Under the pieces are notes generated by a model. The model was given only the letters and a program-made list of their open reading frames with translations. It did no database searches and was not told the origin of the DNA. A program made the translations under genes and the position numbers. Below, in pieces: positions 24,813-48,088 of a DNA stretch of 64,000 nt (its first letter is position 1; each line of letters opens with the position of its first letter). The DNA comes from Lingula anatina (Eukaryota; Animalia; Brachiopoda): assembly GCA_051362555.1 (NCBI GenBank), contig CM120643.1, positions 10,540,001-10,604,000 of the forward strand, read 5' to 3'.

Positions 24813-26517
24813 GCCCCAGTTTTACAAAAAAAAACTGAAGTCAGTTACCTGACTCAGTTGACTATGATTTCCATGAGAGAGCTATTACACTGCTCCTGAT
24901 AGGGTAAGACTTGCCCATGTGACCATGTAACCTGGGTAATTAAGGGGTCAAGGATATTAAAAATACGTCTTAAACTCGATTTTTAGTTTTTTATACGTTA
25001 GAAATAATCAATATTGTATCTAATACTCAATTAAGTTATATTTTTGCAACACGGACTAAAAATATACATTTGGACGAGTTTTTCTACCTGTCCGTGGCAG
25101 CCTTTAGGCTCGGCCTCCGTTGTCAAGCACCGTTACTATGGGGGGCGGGGCAAGAATGGCTGTCTAACTTGTCTTAAGCTGTTACGCGTGCACTGGCAGC
25201 TCATAAGTCTTACGTCAGCTAAACTGAGATTATACTGTTTCCATTTTTTTTACATTGTTAACAATATATTAAATTTTTTCCCTTAGCGTCTCAATCACGT
25301 CACGTCAAGATCACACTTGAGCTGCTGAGAATATTCGTACAACGTCTGGGGTTGTCAGAAAAAAATCGTTAGGCAATCATTTTATTTACAATAAAGATCG
25401 TAACAGCAAGCAAGTTTATAAATAATATTGCCACCCAAAACATTTTCAAACTCGCCTATTACGGTCTCGGCACTCTGTGGCATCGTGGCTGATACGTACC
25501 CACATTCGGCCGTTTCTCGGAGTAATTCTTTCTTTGCTTTCTCCATTTTCGCGTCTTGGTGTGTAGAGCGGCGTCCACGCACGACGGGTGGCATTGTCCT
25601 CTGCTTGCACCTCAAGTAATTTTCTTTTTGTTTGTTAGCGCTTCCTTAGACACTTCCTAGACAGTGCACAGACTCCTACTGCGTCAGGCACAATTATGAT
25701 TAATTACGTCAGTGAAACGAGAGTAGGTAGGCCTACTCAGCTGTCAATCATTTCTCAGGGAAGAGCGGCTTTCGTGGTGCGAATAAGTTTGCGTACAAAA
25801 GTAAGATTTTCTGGCATCTAGATAGAAACAAACAACCCAATTTTAACACGTAATGGTGTATAGACCTTCCCGATCAATAAGATGATAACAGGTAAGGTGG
25901 AGGTGCAATTAGTTTGCTAAATTAGCCCAATTACCTGAGCCAAATGGTTTATGAGCGATTTCTCAGCTTTGAAGATTGATAACATAGTCTAAACTTCAAT
26001 CCCCATATCTCATTCTTTTCCTGTCAGATTGACATGAAATTTGATGTGTCTTTGTTTCAGTATAATATCTAGTCGACTGCGCCTTGGGGTCTTGATTGAC
26101 TTTTTGTTTTTGAAGTTATTAGTACTGAAAGTGGATGGTCCATATATATTTCGTAAAATTCACGTTTTATCAAAATAAAATCAAACGTAAAAATAATAGG
26201 AGAAAATCCTGACAGAGTTTACTGGTTTTTGTGCTAACCTTTAGATAGCTATTTCAATCGTATTTATAGGGCTTTTTGTTTAAGAGAAAATCTTGATTAG
26301 AAAAATGACAATTTTAGCCCCAAAACGCTGATATTACGTCACTCGTGTTACACTGTGACTACAAACTTTGGAAAATTGTTTTGCTTGCTAGACCACATCC
26401 TTTAGTTAATAGGAAATTTAATTAGCTGCATTAGTTATGGACTTTTTCGTTAATATCCTAGACCCCTTAAGTTCTTAGCCAGGGAACCTGACTTAAGTTT
26501 TTTTGTAAAACTGGGAC
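24813..26517. mobile_element. Harbinger-type MITE (CAG TSD) split by a Kolobok-like insertion
   Basis: CAG|GCCCCAGTTTTACAAAAAAAACT..AGTCAG and CTGACTTAAGTTTTTTTGTAAAACTGGGAC|CAG. Confidence 0.75.
24944..26466. mobile_element. Kolobok-like non-autonomous element
   Basis: TTAA|GGGGTCAAGGATATTAA...TTAATATCCTAGACCCC|TTAA. Confidence 0.8.
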
Positions 26518-26640
26518 CAGGGTTCTTAGGCCTGAACTGCACATAGAACATTTTTTTCTCTGTTTATGTATAATAATCTGGAAATAATCATTTAAATCAA
26601 ATTGATATACATATTATTATTATTATTATTATTATTATAG

Positions 26641-34315
<7,675 letters not shown>

Positions 34316-34324
34316 ACAATCATA

Positions 34325-36850
34325 TTTTTACGTACAGACACAGATGTGTCTGTACAAATTGCCATCACCTGCGTCTGTCATCGCCGATGCCGATGCCGTC
34401 GCCGGCGCCGTGCACTTTCCTTGTAAACACAATAAGTGGAAGGCAGTTTCACTTTTTGGCTTTATATTTACAGAGCTGATGAATATTCATAAAACGCAGG
34501 TCAAGTTCGAAAATCAGCATGATCAGGCCATTATTGTAGAAGTTATGCTGTTTTTTTCACTTTTCAGCATATATGCAACCTTGTAAACACATTTTAAGGA
34601 AAACCGTTAGGCCTATTGTCATGAAACTCACAGGAGTAATCAATCTTACCAAAATGCAGGTCAAGTTTGAAAATCAGCATGATCGGGCCACTATTTTAGT
34701 AGTTATGCGGTTTTTTCATTGTTCAGCATATATGCAACACTGTAAACACAATATAAGAAAAACAGAAAGCCCAATTGTCATTAAACTCACAGGAATGGTC
34801 AGTCTTACTAAAACGCAGGTTGAGTTCGAAAATCAGCATAATCGGGGCATTATTTTAGAAGTTATGCTGTTTTTTCACATTTCCTCAGATTTCCTCAGAT
34901 TTAATTCTTAGGCATGTTAATAGCCTTATTATTTAAGTAATAAGATACGTAAAAGTGTTTGTTTGACATTTCCTGCATCTTTACAACATTGTTAGTTGAT
35001 AGTGTAAAAATGATGGTAAACTTGTTATCATGTATTGTGTAATCAAGTGTCAAAAACGGAAATAAACTCTTATCATTGCAGTTTGTCAGATTCAATCATC
35101 CACTATGTTCAGAATCTCAGAATATAGGAAATTGGACATTTAACACTGTTCTATTGATACTTTTCTCATCTCATCAATTTTCTTAGTTGGTCATAAAAAA
35201 ATGGCAGTAAAATGTTTATTTTGTTTTATGTTAAAAAAGTGTTAAAAAAGGAAATAAACCCATTTCAGAACAGTGCTGTCTTGTTTACATTTTGGCATTT
35301 TCAAGATGTGATTTTGAAGTTCCATGGGCCTGAAGACCTTTGCTAGTCACATTTTCTGAATATCTGTGATACTAATATTTTATAATTACAAATTAATGGT
35401 CATTATGCTGTTAAACATTTTGTAATATTGCATCAAAATTTGAAGAAACCCCTATTTTGGGCACTGCTCCCCTGATGACCATTTAAGGAAAATCATGTCA
35501 CTTACTGTTCTCAAACTTACAGGAAAGAAACATGGGACTAAAATACAGCTTCAGTAGGCAATGCAGTCTGTTAGGTAAATTTTTGTGAACATTTTTGTTT
35601 TTTGTGAACATTTAATTTTTCATATGTTGGCATTTTTAAGGTGTGACTTTGAAGTTCCATGATCTTGAAGACCTTTGCTTGTCATGTTTTCTGAATGTCC
35701 ATGTTACTAATATTTTATTAATAACATTTGATGGTCATTATGCTGTTAAACATTATGTAATGTTGCATCAAAATTTGAAAAAAAAAAACCTATTTTGGGC
35801 ACTGCTCCTATGATGACCATTTAAGGGAAATCATGTCACTTACTGTTCTCAAACTTACAGGAAAGAAACATGGGTCTAACATACAGCTTCACTAGGCAAT
35901 GCAGTTTGTTTGGTAAATTTTTCTGGCAATTTAACAGTTTTTTGTAAAAATTTAATTTTTCACTTCTTGGCATTTTCAAGGTGCGACTTAAAACCTCCAC
36001 GGGCTTGAAAACCCATGCTAGTCACATTTTATGAAAATCCATGACACATATATTTTATTATTAAAAATTGTTGTATTATGCTGTTAAGCATTATGTAATG
36101 TTGCATCAAAATAGAAGAAAACACAATTTTTGGTGCTTCTGCCATGATGACCATTATGGGAAAACCGTGTTACTTATGATTGTCAAACTTTCAAAAAAGA
36201 AACACAGGACTAAAATGCAGCCCGAGTTGGAAAAGCAGTCTAATTGGCTTCTTTTTCTGGAAGTTATACAATTTAGTGAAATATTCATTATCTTTTTGGC
36301 ATATTCATTGTGGGACTCGGAGCTCCCATGGACATGAAGCCGGATGGTAATAAAATTTTCTACATGTTCATGCTATTTATAGTCAATAATCAAAAATTGG
36401 TGATAATTATTCTATATTTTATTATGTAATGTTACATCAAAATTGACAATAATCTTTTTGCACTGCTACTGCAAACATTATGAAAAGAAAACTGTGTTAT
36501 TTATTATTATATTTAACTTATGAGTTTGATTTTTAGGATTGGCACGCAGTTCAAATTAGAAAGCCAGGTCAATTGGGTTATCATTTATTATTGAATTTTA
36601 TGCAATTTTGTGTGAAATTTCATTTTTCTCATTCTGGCACTTTCTAAGTATAAACTTGAACTCTGATGGGCCTGAAGCCTTATGCTTTTACTTTCGTTGG
36701 TGGTACCTGTTGTGCAAAATTAAAATTTGATGTTGACTGTGCAGTTAAACATAATGTATTATTGCATCAGAATTGGTAGTCTCCTATTTTGTGCATTATT
36801 GTTTTGTGCTTTTCTTAAGTTGTGACTTATGGGCCTGAAAGACCTTTGAG
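34325..36850 (+). mobile_element. Second HINE-like or satellite-bearing element
   Basis: Starts with a T-run, the hairpin GTACAGACAC-agat-GTGTCTGTAC and a (GCC/GTC)-rich microsatellite-like tract. Three ~160-bp repeats (34420-34880) and five diverged ~337-bp repeats (35290-36850) follow. The 3' end was not identified. Confidence 0.55.
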
Positions 36851-37062
36851 ATGGTCAGTCTGTAAATTTCCCTTGGGTATCACTTAGCTAATTTCAGTGT
36901 TATAAAGTAATTTGCCTAATTAATCGGCCATTAAATGAGATTACATAAAGCACACTTGTTGATATTTCCCTGTAAACTCCCATAGGTTAAGCTCTCTGCT
37001 AGATTAATAATAAGGAAGCAGTGATAATTATGCAGGTGAATTTTGTTTAATATTGCAAATAA

Positions 37063-37069
<7 letters not shown>

Positions 37070-37134
<65 letters not shown>

Positions 37135-37215
37135 TATATATATTAAATATTTATATATATAAATATATAAAAAACTATATATATTAAATATATATATATA
37201 TATAAATATATAAAA
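37070..37215. repeat. (TA)n microsatellite and derived AT low-complexity tract
   Basis: Seen directly. Confidence 0.9.
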
Positions 37216-38968
37216 AAATAACCAATGTAATGAGTTTGTGTGTAAAAGACCAACAAGGATATGATCTGAAAAAATGTCAGTAAAAATGAAACTGTAATTG
37301 CAGGAAGATTAAAATTTCAAAGATATTTCTTCAATTTTGAAGAAATGGCTTTATCAACCCTCTGCTAGACTTTGATGATTATCATTTATGTTTGCTGATG
37401 GTGGAGTGAAATGATTATTATTGTTTTTTAAATTAAGTTTTATGTTAATTTCACTTTATGGTTGATACTTGATACAGTGGATGGTGTACTTTACTATAAT
37501 TTTTTTTCTACAAATTGAAATGAGAAAATTATTATTATTTTTTAAATTTGGAATTAATGAGGTCAATCAAATTCATTCTTTCGAAGTTGGTAAACTCAAA
37601 GCAATATTTTATTGTGCCAAAATTAAAATAAAAAATTTTACCTATTTTTGTTGTGTTGTTTATTCATTTTGAGATTACATAATTTTGATTTGACTTGATT
37701 CTTTAATTTGCATTATCTTTTAGTAGTTTGTGTAAAGAAAATAAAAGTAAAACAACATTTTCGTTTGATTTGAGTGCTATGAAACAAATGAAGAAAAAGA
37801 TAGCATTTACCTTCCATTTTGCAAGGGTGGTCGAACAAAAATGTACCCCTTCCCGACTCCAAGCAGCTACAAGAAAGTTGACTAAAAACAAACGGTCCCG
37901 TGCGAAGGTCGATTGAGGTATTGCAGGTGTCCCTTAGTCGCGTGCTCAGACCGTCGTCGCACTCACTCCCCTTCATAAGAAAATCGGATTGCAGTTTTAA
38001 TTTATTTAAAAATTTAATGTCAAACCTTTGGGTCTTAATCATATGATAAGATTATAGATCTTAAATACATAAACGATTATACTTGTAACAAAGCGGGTTG
38101 TTTTTAATTAAAATAACAGAAGGCTTGTCTACCGTGCCGTGGCGCAATCGACTTCACTTTTCTTTAAAAAAATTGTTCCTCTATATTTTTAAAACGTGGA
38201 TTTTTTATTGATATTGAAAATGAATAATTCCCAAATTAGTGTTTACTAAAAAAAAAAAAAAGAGAGAGAACGGTCTGAGTATGACGGTCTGATCGCGGAG
38301 CACTGTGCCCCTTTCCAGCTACCTTAAACACCTTGGCTGTTCCCATGAACTCAAATTCTGCCCATCACGTCCTGTTTGGTAAACTTAACCCTCAATCACC
38401 TTTCAGGGCCTCGCAGGCCCGGACCCATGTATCTTTTGCTCTCTCTTCATTAGCATGAGGTTTTGAGCCTGTTCCTTTCATGTTATCCTCAAGCAACTTA
38501 TACCCCATCAATGGATAAATAATTAGTTTTGAAATAATTTACAACATATGTAGAAATTAACTTTTCCAAAAGTTAGTCCCATTTCCTGGAAACCGGGCCT
38601 CTGAGGCCCGGTCGCTTGATAATTTTACTTCCACATAGGATAAATAAGTCCATGTTACCTCAAATAGCTTTGCTATAAAATGTTTTACACAAGCAACATC
38701 ATGTGTGCTATGACTATCAGTATGGTCAATGAAATCTGCCTGTGAAAGATTCAAGACCTGGAGAAATTATTATTTATGAGTAATCGGTCACCTTGCATGG
38801 TCACCTGATATGCAGATATCAGTTTAAATCTATCATTATTACATACCTGATAGACTGCGCTACCTTTGCGAAACTTTCCATTTTGAGAAAAAAAAATGTT
38901 TTTCCGCATTTTCCATACACAGTGTATACTCATGCACCCAGGTGGAGGTAGAGCGAGCAAGGGACTGG

Positions 38969-41586
38969 TGTAACATGAAGATCTGACTCCCCCAGTCAGA
39001 TTTTCATAATGAAAATCTGACTCCCCATGAAAATTTGACTCCCCCTCCACAAATGTTCATAAATCTTATTTTATTTGAATTTACTTTTTTTTAAGTTTGC
39101 AGGTGAATATTTTCATGAAAAAAATATGAAAATTAAAAATGTGCACTTAACCGCCCATTGTCTCCCCTTTGAAAAAGCTATTTATTTGATATTTGATGAT
39201 CATTTCTACATCTTTCCTTTAAATTACCTTTATGAAGATTATTGGAAATATTTGAAAGTTTGATGGTAAACTATTGGGTGAAAAAACTAAAATAAAAACA
39301 TGAAAAATAGAAAATTAAAAATGTGCATTTTATCACCCAATAACTCCCCTATGAAAAAGCTATTTATTTGATATTTGATGATCATTCTATTCATCTTTTC
39401 TATTAGGATACTTTATGAAAAATATATTGGAAATATTTAAAAGTTTGATGATTAAATAGTGAGTGAAAGAATGAAAAATAAATCATGAAAATCTTCATTT
39501 TTATACCCATGAGATTTGGATTCCCATAAAGAAAAGGACCTATTTTATATTCAGTCACCATACCATTGTTTTTCTACATAGTTTGCACAGAGATGTACTT
39601 TTTGTTATTATTTGAAAGTTTGGTGGTGAAAATTTTGGTGAATATTTTTAAAACAAGTATTCATCTTACTACCTGTAGGTTTTGCACTTCCATGTCAAAA
39701 TGCTACATTTTTAACTCGGGGAAATTGGCCCCATCGCCTTTTTACTGAATTCTTCTTATATAGCATACCCAGTATTTTACCATTCAAACTTTCAAATATT
39801 TCCAATATATTCTTCATTAAGTATCCTTAAAGAAAAGATGGCAGAATGATCATCAAATATCAAATAGATAGCCTTTTCATAGGGGATGAATTTGACGGCA
39901 AAGCGGCCATATTTCCACGTTGTGATAATACACATGCGCAGAAAGCTCATTTTCCGCACTCGGAACTACTCGGATGTCTCCGCAGTCGACAATGACAGCA
40001 TGGAGCTTGCGGAATTAGCCGAGAATTGCTGATTGCATTTTCCGGCAAATTCAATAACGACGTTTGCGACAACCGACTTCCTTGGGAGGGGGGGGGGGGA
40101 TTTTTTTTTTTTTTTTTTTTTTTGAGAACGGACGAAAATCGGTGCGCGCGCAGGATGTCATCCATAAAATTAACAAAGTGTGGCCTAAAGTATCCTCAAA
40201 GAAAAGATGTCAGAATGATCATCAAACATCAAATAAATAGCTTTTTCATAGGGGGGTCATTGGGTGTGAGAATAAAAATCTTTAATTTTTCTTATTTTTT
40301 AATGTGTTTTTTTATTATTTTTTTTTTCACCTAATTTTTTAACCATTAAACTTTCAAGTACTTTCAATATATTCCTCATAAAGTATCCTCAAAGAAAAGA
40401 TGTTGAAATGGTCATCAAATGTCAAATAAATAGCTTTTTCATAGTGGACATGGGCGTAACTAGGCATACGCACGGATGCACTGTGCGTACAATTTTTTTG
40501 GCCAACCATGATATTATTTTATATAAATTTAGTGTATTTTTCACGGAATATATATCAAAAATCCTCTGCGAATTAAAGTCACCTGTATGTACAAATCCTC
40601 TGTATACGCACAATTGGTCTGACCCCCCGTCTTGCATACTTTTATTCAACTGAGGTAAACAATGCCTGTTACCTTTACAAGTCCTATCTTAATCGTCCAT
40701 CTAACTGGAACATCCTTTACCTCTTAATTGGAGGGTTAAGTGGCCTTCAACTCTCCTGTAGTCATGAGAGTAACTAACGCACTCTTGCTGGTGATATTTA
40801 TCTACCTGTGTGTTATTTTCAAAGAGCAGCTCCCGTAGACCTGGGGGCACTAGATAAAATCTTGACACCAGGTTTAATAAGGAGATAGAGAAACAAAGGA
40901 AGAATTTTTCCTGTAAAGCTTCAAAGAATTTCACACGGACTTGATCCAGCTTAGCCCTCCAAACTAATAGGGTGACATGGGCAATTTCCACAAACAAATA
41001 GTTAAACTTAGATGTATCAGAGCTCTATTGTGTCATATAATTGGTTGTTTTTGGGAGCCATGCATGAAAGCTGGATGAAACTGTATATAAGTTCAACTCA
41101 GAGGAGGATCCAGCATTACTCGAAGAGGGGAGGGGGGTCCGCTGATGTGAAGTTAGCCTCCTTTTAAATGAATATACCGTTCTGGGTAAATAAAAATATT
41201 GAAACTTTATTAAATCCCGAGAATATTTTTGACTTAAATGATGATTTTATTATTAATGGAAATTAAGCTACGATGTGTGGTACATATGCTGTGATTACGC
41301 TGTCCTTCATCTGTTGCGTTAATCTACATTTTGCTGTACATGCTGGGTATTTTAAAAATCTGTGCGTACAATTTTTAAAGGTCTGGTTACGCCCCTGGTG
41401 GAGTCCTTGGGTGGTAAAATACAAATCTTTAATTTTTCTTTATTTTTTCATGAAAATTTTCACCTGCAAACTAACAAAAAGTGCCAATGTGTCCTCCGTT
41501 ATGCAATATACAATATCATAGTCATTTACTCAAATTCAATCAGATTTTTGAATGTTTTTTGGGGGGAGTCAGATTTACATGGTACA
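38969..41586 (+). mobile_element. Ginger-like non-autonomous element nested in piggyBac-like copy 1
   Basis: TGTAACATGAAGATCTGACTCCCC...GGGGAGTCAGATTTACATGGTACA; flanks CTGG/CCGG. Ginger1 elements typically have TGT..ACA ends and CCGG-like 4-bp TSDs. Confidence 0.7.
40449..41397. mobile_element. MITE family C, long variant carrying ~800 bp of extra internal sequence
   Basis: CATGGGCGTAACTAG...CTGGTTACGCCCCTG; TSD GTGGA (40444-40448, 41398-41402); absent from the sister copy at about 62910. Confidence 0.85.
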
Positions 41587-44500
41587 CCGGGCCTCTGAGG
41601 CCCGGTTTCAGGGTTTACGTAGGGTTCCATTTCCTTGTGGATGAGGGTTAAATGTATATCAGATAGGGTTGAGTATGACCTGTACCCCTGTCCACCCCCT
41701 CCGCCCCATCACCATGCACCCGTGCCTTTTGTAGTAATATCCCCTATCCAGTAGAAACGGTAATTTTTAATATGATCATTTAATTACCACCTTTGTATAT
41801 ATACTTACGTTACATTGAAATTCAACAAATCTAAAAAGGAACCAGAAAATACTGCATCACTTGCCGAGTTTGTTTGTGCTTCCCTCGCCTTTGAACGTCT
41901 CTTTGTTTTTTCTGATTAAAAATATTTCGGGACTCTTGATTGCAATTTTGTAGGTCTCAGAGTGCAATTTTGGGGAAGGGACAACCGAATGATATTGTTT
42001 TGTCTAGTGGGTATGGGCGTCCTGCTGTGCTACAATCGATCCTGCTATATCATGACTAAAAATTGGTATTTTAACTGATACACCATCCCTGGCCGTTTCC
42101 AACATATTAGGTTATATGACAGTTCGGACTTGTAGCTAATGCCATAAAACGACTACATCTGTATATCGCTTATACAAAACAAAACTGAAGGCCTACTAGT
42201 TGACAAAAAGAGTAAACATTACGTCGCCTAGTGACAAAATTTTTACGTAAACTGTACAGGATTTTTCAAGCAGTTGTAAATCCAAGAGTTCCCGTCTTCA
42301 GGAAGTCAATGTACAGGTAATATGAATGCTTTGCAATTGGTTCTTAAGTTGATCACGGAATTTTGCTTCATATGACTGCCGCTTTATTCTAGACACATCA
42401 AGTCACAGTTCGAGTGATTGCCTCAGTGCCCCCAGTCACCCTGCATTTCAGAGATAATTGGAAATTTACCTCTATCTGATCACCGAAACACAATAGATAT
42501 ACTTAGAGATGATAGACCTGGGTTTTCAGAAACTCTCTGAAACTAAGGGTGCCCCCAGCCTCTGCCGCTCACTTTCAGCACCGAAAATGCCGAATTGTTT
42601 CGATTGTATACACAGCACGTCTAGGCTTGAAAGCAAACATATATTTGCATTTTAGATTTCTCTTTGGCTTGAATGGATTGCCTTGCAGACATATGCTTAC
42701 ATTAGCTTCAAGCATATTTTCAAATGAACAAGGCCATTTGGTTCCCTAGGCGAAAACGGAAACAACAACAATAAAAATCACGACTCTGTGCTTCTGCATA
42801 TATAACCAAAAAAATTTATACTCACGGATTTCAAGTGTTGAGTTGATAAGCCATGGCATATTTTCTATCAAACACCATCCTTTTGGTAAGCATTGCTGAA
42901 GAAATGAAATACGCCTAATTTTCTTTATCCACGCGGTGCCTGTCCTTCTGTAATCAAGGCCAATGTATGCAAAAATCCCCGTATTTGATATTTTGTGTTA
43001 CGAAACTTGTTTATGTGACCGAATGCTGGGATAGATAACCTATGTAACTAGCGAGCAGAAGAAACACATTATCAGGTAATGTTGATATTGTATTGTATAT
43101 TGTTTTTACCATACAGCAAACCACATCAGATACCTATAACCTGAAATACAGAATCTACGGGAAATTTTATGGCATCCTGTACAAGAACATATTTACATAT
43201 GAACGACCTTGCCAACGGAAAAAGCAGTAAATTTTCCTACCTTTGGTATTTTAGAGAAGACATACATTGTACTACCTTTAATTTGAATATTTCGTTTTAA
43301 CGATATGTTATTCAACAATGGAAGTCATCTAGTCAGTTTTAGTAAAACAATTCAACATTCAATTAGTATCTATAACTTAAACTTTGTTTAAAAAAACTTG
43401 TACGTGATCATGCCAAGGTACCCCCCGACTTGACATAATTACCCACGATTGGTTAAATCATATTGTCCATAATATATTTCAGATGGGACATAACAAAGCC
43501 AGTTACCACGGTATTAAACATATGGCGCAGAAAACAGCTTCTGCGAGACTGGCTTATCCTGTCGTGAAGTGCACCCTGGCAGTTAATTTTCTATTTTTGT
43601 GATGAATTACAAAGGAATGAATAATTTAGCCTATAATCGCTGTTTAACCTGGAATCTATAAAACTGATTTGCAAGGAATCATTGGCACTTTATGTGTTTG
43701 GAATTAAAGAGGATCCTCGGAAATAAAGGAGACTTGTAAAGTTGTGAGTATCTCAAATACCAACCTCAGGAGAGAGAGAGAGACGCAAAGTTGACTGCTG
43801 TTCAAACGAAGACTGCCTGCTCAAATATTGGCTCATAAACACGACAGAATTGCTGAGTTTATTTCACGAAATACAACATTTCCAGTTTGTGTCATTTAGT
43901 CCGTTCTTGAAAGTGATGATGGCTAGTCAGATTTGTTAATTTAGTCAAAGTCATTAAATAAATTGGGAGTGATGGAAAAGACAAAAGAGCAATAAATGCG
44001 AAAAAGATATGTCGAGTTCATTGCTGTCTCTTAAACTCGTTTTATCACTGACAGCAGGACTTCCTCTTTAGCTTATACACTCTTGCTTACCCATACACAC
44101 AGTACCTATTCAATAGCCACAATGTGTTTGTTTTATATTTGTCTATTTTCACATAATTTTTAATATTATTTTTTATGCCGTATTATAAAGATAATACCTG
44201 CCATCAAAGAAACTAACGTTTTACGTCGTACATTTAATGTCATACTTTTACATGTAGCTTAACGTCGTACTTGTAGATTGTTTTAACCCCGTAACAGCAT
44301 ATACTAAATGTCGTTTTAACATGATATTCTAGAGCATATGCCATGTCCATTCTTTTCAGGCCTGGTAAGTTGCTTGTATTTATCAACTTGAACTGGAGTT
44401 CGCGGATGTTTGAATTCCCCTTCATTATTGTCAGCCTTGCATGTCTAAAGATACAAAACCCAAACGTTTACTAGATGTATCATTTTTACCAAACACGTTT

Positions 44501-47500
44501 TTATAATATTTATTATCTTCCTCATCTCCCCAGGCCCGGCTGGAACACAAAGGATCATATCGCCCAAGCTATGGCGCGCTCTTATTCAGATATGGCAGAC
44601 GACGAGGCCCAGCATCTTGTGTAGCGTTTAACTACTTGCTTATTGCGCACTAGTACTCTGCATAAACAATAGGTGGCGTTGGTCCTCATGCTTCAAAATG
44701 TCATTCTGCGGTAAAACTCATTGTAACATTGCCTGTGGACTCTTGAAGATGAGAGTTGAATTTTTGAAGAGTTTAAATGTATCGCAGGACACGTGTTCAT
44801 TTGCTTGAGTTCCGGCAGTTTTGAATATAGTTTAAGTGTTCTAAATTGTTTTAATCTCTGTATAGGCCTATAATAATATTTTAAATAACGATATATTATT
44901 TATATTGAAACATGTATAGGTGTTTCACATGTTAATCTTTATTGGTGAAAAACTTAAACTGAAACTTAAATAATTTTCTGTATATCTGGATTGCATGCCT
45001 TGAATATTTCATGGCTTTGTAGATGTGTTATATATATGTGAACATTACGCATGTCATATTGTGCAAGCATACATGTAGCTAGAATACTAGCCTATTTAGA
45101 CCAAGTGCTTTACTGCTTTATTTTTAATATATTTGCTAATGTATGTATTCAGCATTATACTTTCAGTAATATTTATAACTTATTCATATTTATTCTCACG
45201 CGTATATGAACTGTTCTGCAGAGTATCAATAAACATATCGGATGATTATTATACCTCGTCCTTGTTCCAAATTTTTCTTCTACAGAGCAGACCTAGTTTT
45301 TTCTCTTATTGTAACTAATTTCCCTTTGGAGAAATTTGGCAGTATTGACAGCCCTTGCTTTTGATCTTAAATGTATACTGCACGCGTTTGGAAAAAAAAT
45401 CCCCCAAATCATATTTTAGTGTCTACTTATTCTGCAAAGCTACTAATCTTTCCCTATTCAGACCTTAAAATCTGTAAACCCCCTCGGATAAAAGTACCTG
45501 ACGTCGATAGTTCCTTCTGAAGTGCACAGTAAGACATGACATTCTAAATGACTGGCCAATTATTAAATAAAAAATTAGTAAAACATCAAATCTAAATGCA
45601 GGAACGGCTTGAGCAACGATTTGCTAGTGGGAAAAATGTGTTTTTTTTCTCGAGAAAAATTTCATTTTGGCGGGTAAATCCCGCATAGTGTACCTGTTAC
45701 ATGATTTTCTTTGCATTTTCTATCTTTTTAAATTTTATGATTAGTCTTAATCATATTAAGCAAGGAATATTTCGATATTAAAGATGAAAATTTCTGTAAT
45801 GATCTCGAAATCGCAAAGGTATGGCCTATCCAATACCAGTCAGAAAATTACTCTGTATAAACCCAATTTGGAGCTGTTAATTAGAAATTCACCAGTCTCC
45901 GTCACCATTATAGGAGAAGCTAAAAACAAACTGGAAAGTCTGGTCTTCGAAATAGCGTGTATTTCTAAATCGGGCGCGGCTCGCTCCCGGGCTGGTAGAA
46001 CTTCGCTAACACAATCATGAGCCTGCGATCCACCTGACCTGTTATTGTTATTCAAATTATGCCAGCTGCAAGTGACAAGTATTCATTTAGGGAGCCATGA
46101 TGTTAGGCAAAGATTTCAGGACGAAATGACGATTCTCGTGGATAAAATATGGTGCCTGGTTTGTTCAAAGCTACCTGCTCTACCCGGCCACAACAACAAC
46201 GTGTAAGTACATGTACTAGTAGTCTGCAGTTTGCATGTTGATTGACTGGCGTGTCTCACTACTGGCAGAAATACGTGAGCACAAAACTTTGAAATAAGAT
46301 GGAGGATTTCAAAATTGTATTATATGCCAGGGTTTCTTTTTACAGTACAAATGTACATGTAATCCCCAAGTTTTGGCAGTTTATCTGTTTAAGCTGAGTG
46401 AAAGCTGGAATGCTCAGTTCGACTTGTATTTCGTAAATATTGTGACGATATCTATTAAAATTTTGATATGTATATAGACTCTTATGTGGAAATTGCGTAA
46501 ACAGCAGAAACACAAGGTATTCACTATATAATATATGAAAGAGAACAATTACTACACTGGATTTAAACCGTGGAATAAATAATTTCTTGTGTGTCTAAAT
46601 TCTCATTTTGAATATGTTATTTCAGTCGCCAGTGCATTCAAGAGACGAAGATATGCCCCCATGGAGAAGTTACAACAGTTGAAATGATTTTGATTTCAAT
46701 ATGAATAATCCTGAGTAGCCTATGGACATTTGAAAGAAGCCTGTAATCCAACAGTAACAATTGATATGATTCTTAACATTTTAGTGTTATTAAGGGTTTA
46801 CTTGCAAAATATGTACGTGCGTATTGAATATATATGAATTATAGTGACCGTGTGCCTCAGATTTCAGCCTTGAATAGTACTAGGGCAAGTAGGCATTGCT
46901 TAGCATGTAAGGCCAAATACCGAGGCAAATGACTACACGGCCCCTACATTTGTAAGAAATTGTCCCACCAAAACGTAGAAAGCACTTTACCAGTTTTGTT
47001 TAAATTTGGGTCTTCGGCGACTCCAAACGTGAGAGAATGTGCTAAATTCCAAAACAGTTTTGGTTATTTAAAAATCTGTATGCTAGAACACTTTGTTTCG
47101 CTTTGGATTTAACTGTGTTAGTGCAAGTTGTCTTTTTCACTTAAAAAATAGGTATGGCATAATATTAGGAAATGGTTAATAAAAGTGAGACGCTACACAA
47201 ACCACTGAGAGTAAATGTGTGTATAATTCTGTAGTCGCCCCTGGCAAATCTTTATCAGAAAGTTACCATTTTGTAAGCGTCATTTTGTACCAATATATAA
47301 AACTGGGCGAGTCTGTTGTACTTTTTCCAATATGATTTTTCACTTTTTCTGTAACTTTGAACATTTTGTCAGTCTTGTTCGTGCTCTTCAAAGTTTATGG
47401 CTACATTGTCCCATTTAAGCTTCTGAATCAACATATGCTATCTTTATTTGACATATTTAACGTTTATACATGTATTTCACAATCCTTTAAAAACTTTGAA

Positions 47501-48088
47501 CTAAAGGTTGCGAATATTATTATTATTTATTTTTTTTTTTTTTATTATTATTAAGTCTGCAATTTTTGGCTGTCTAAATACAGAACCATGACCACCAGTG
47601 TCCTTTCCACCATAACGATATATATATATATATAGTTTGGAGGAGTGTGCACATTAATTTTTCTTGCATTACACTGGGAGGTGGGATTCTTACGATTACT
47701 ATGAATAAAGTCAGATGTTTGGATTGTCGTACATTGTAGTAACAAATTTAATGCCGTTATCTTGATATTGTGTAATTTGAGCCGTGCTTTAATAATATTA
47801 TTGAAGTTAAACGAATAAAGCCTATTAATTACTTTCATCTTCTTTATTGTTTAATTAATCAGGTTTCATATTTTTCTCTGTAGTGTTTGTCTTAGTAAAA
47901 TTTTAAATAACAATAAAAAAAGTTTTACCCGATTTAGTCCATCTCGATCTCCTATTCTTATTTCTATGACTTTAGAATCAGTGGTGGTGCCCACTGAGCC
48001 ATTGACCCCAAAGAATTTCGCGCAATTTTAACGAAACCTTTATAGTCAATGAGGTCCAAATCTTTTTTCTACAAAATGAATGTTCCAT

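Larger units (their letters stand above)
38389..41647 (+). mobile_element. piggyBac-like non-autonomous composite element, copy 1
   Basis: TTAA|CCCTCAATCAC...GTGGATGAGGG|TTAA; internal palindromes CCGGGCCTCTGAGGCCCGG; contains a Ginger-like element and further insertions. Confidence 0.8.

Noticed and set aside
25382-25615. 77-aa ORF inside the Kolobok-like element
   Set aside because: It could be a transposon gene remnant, but no motif was recognised, so it is not called.
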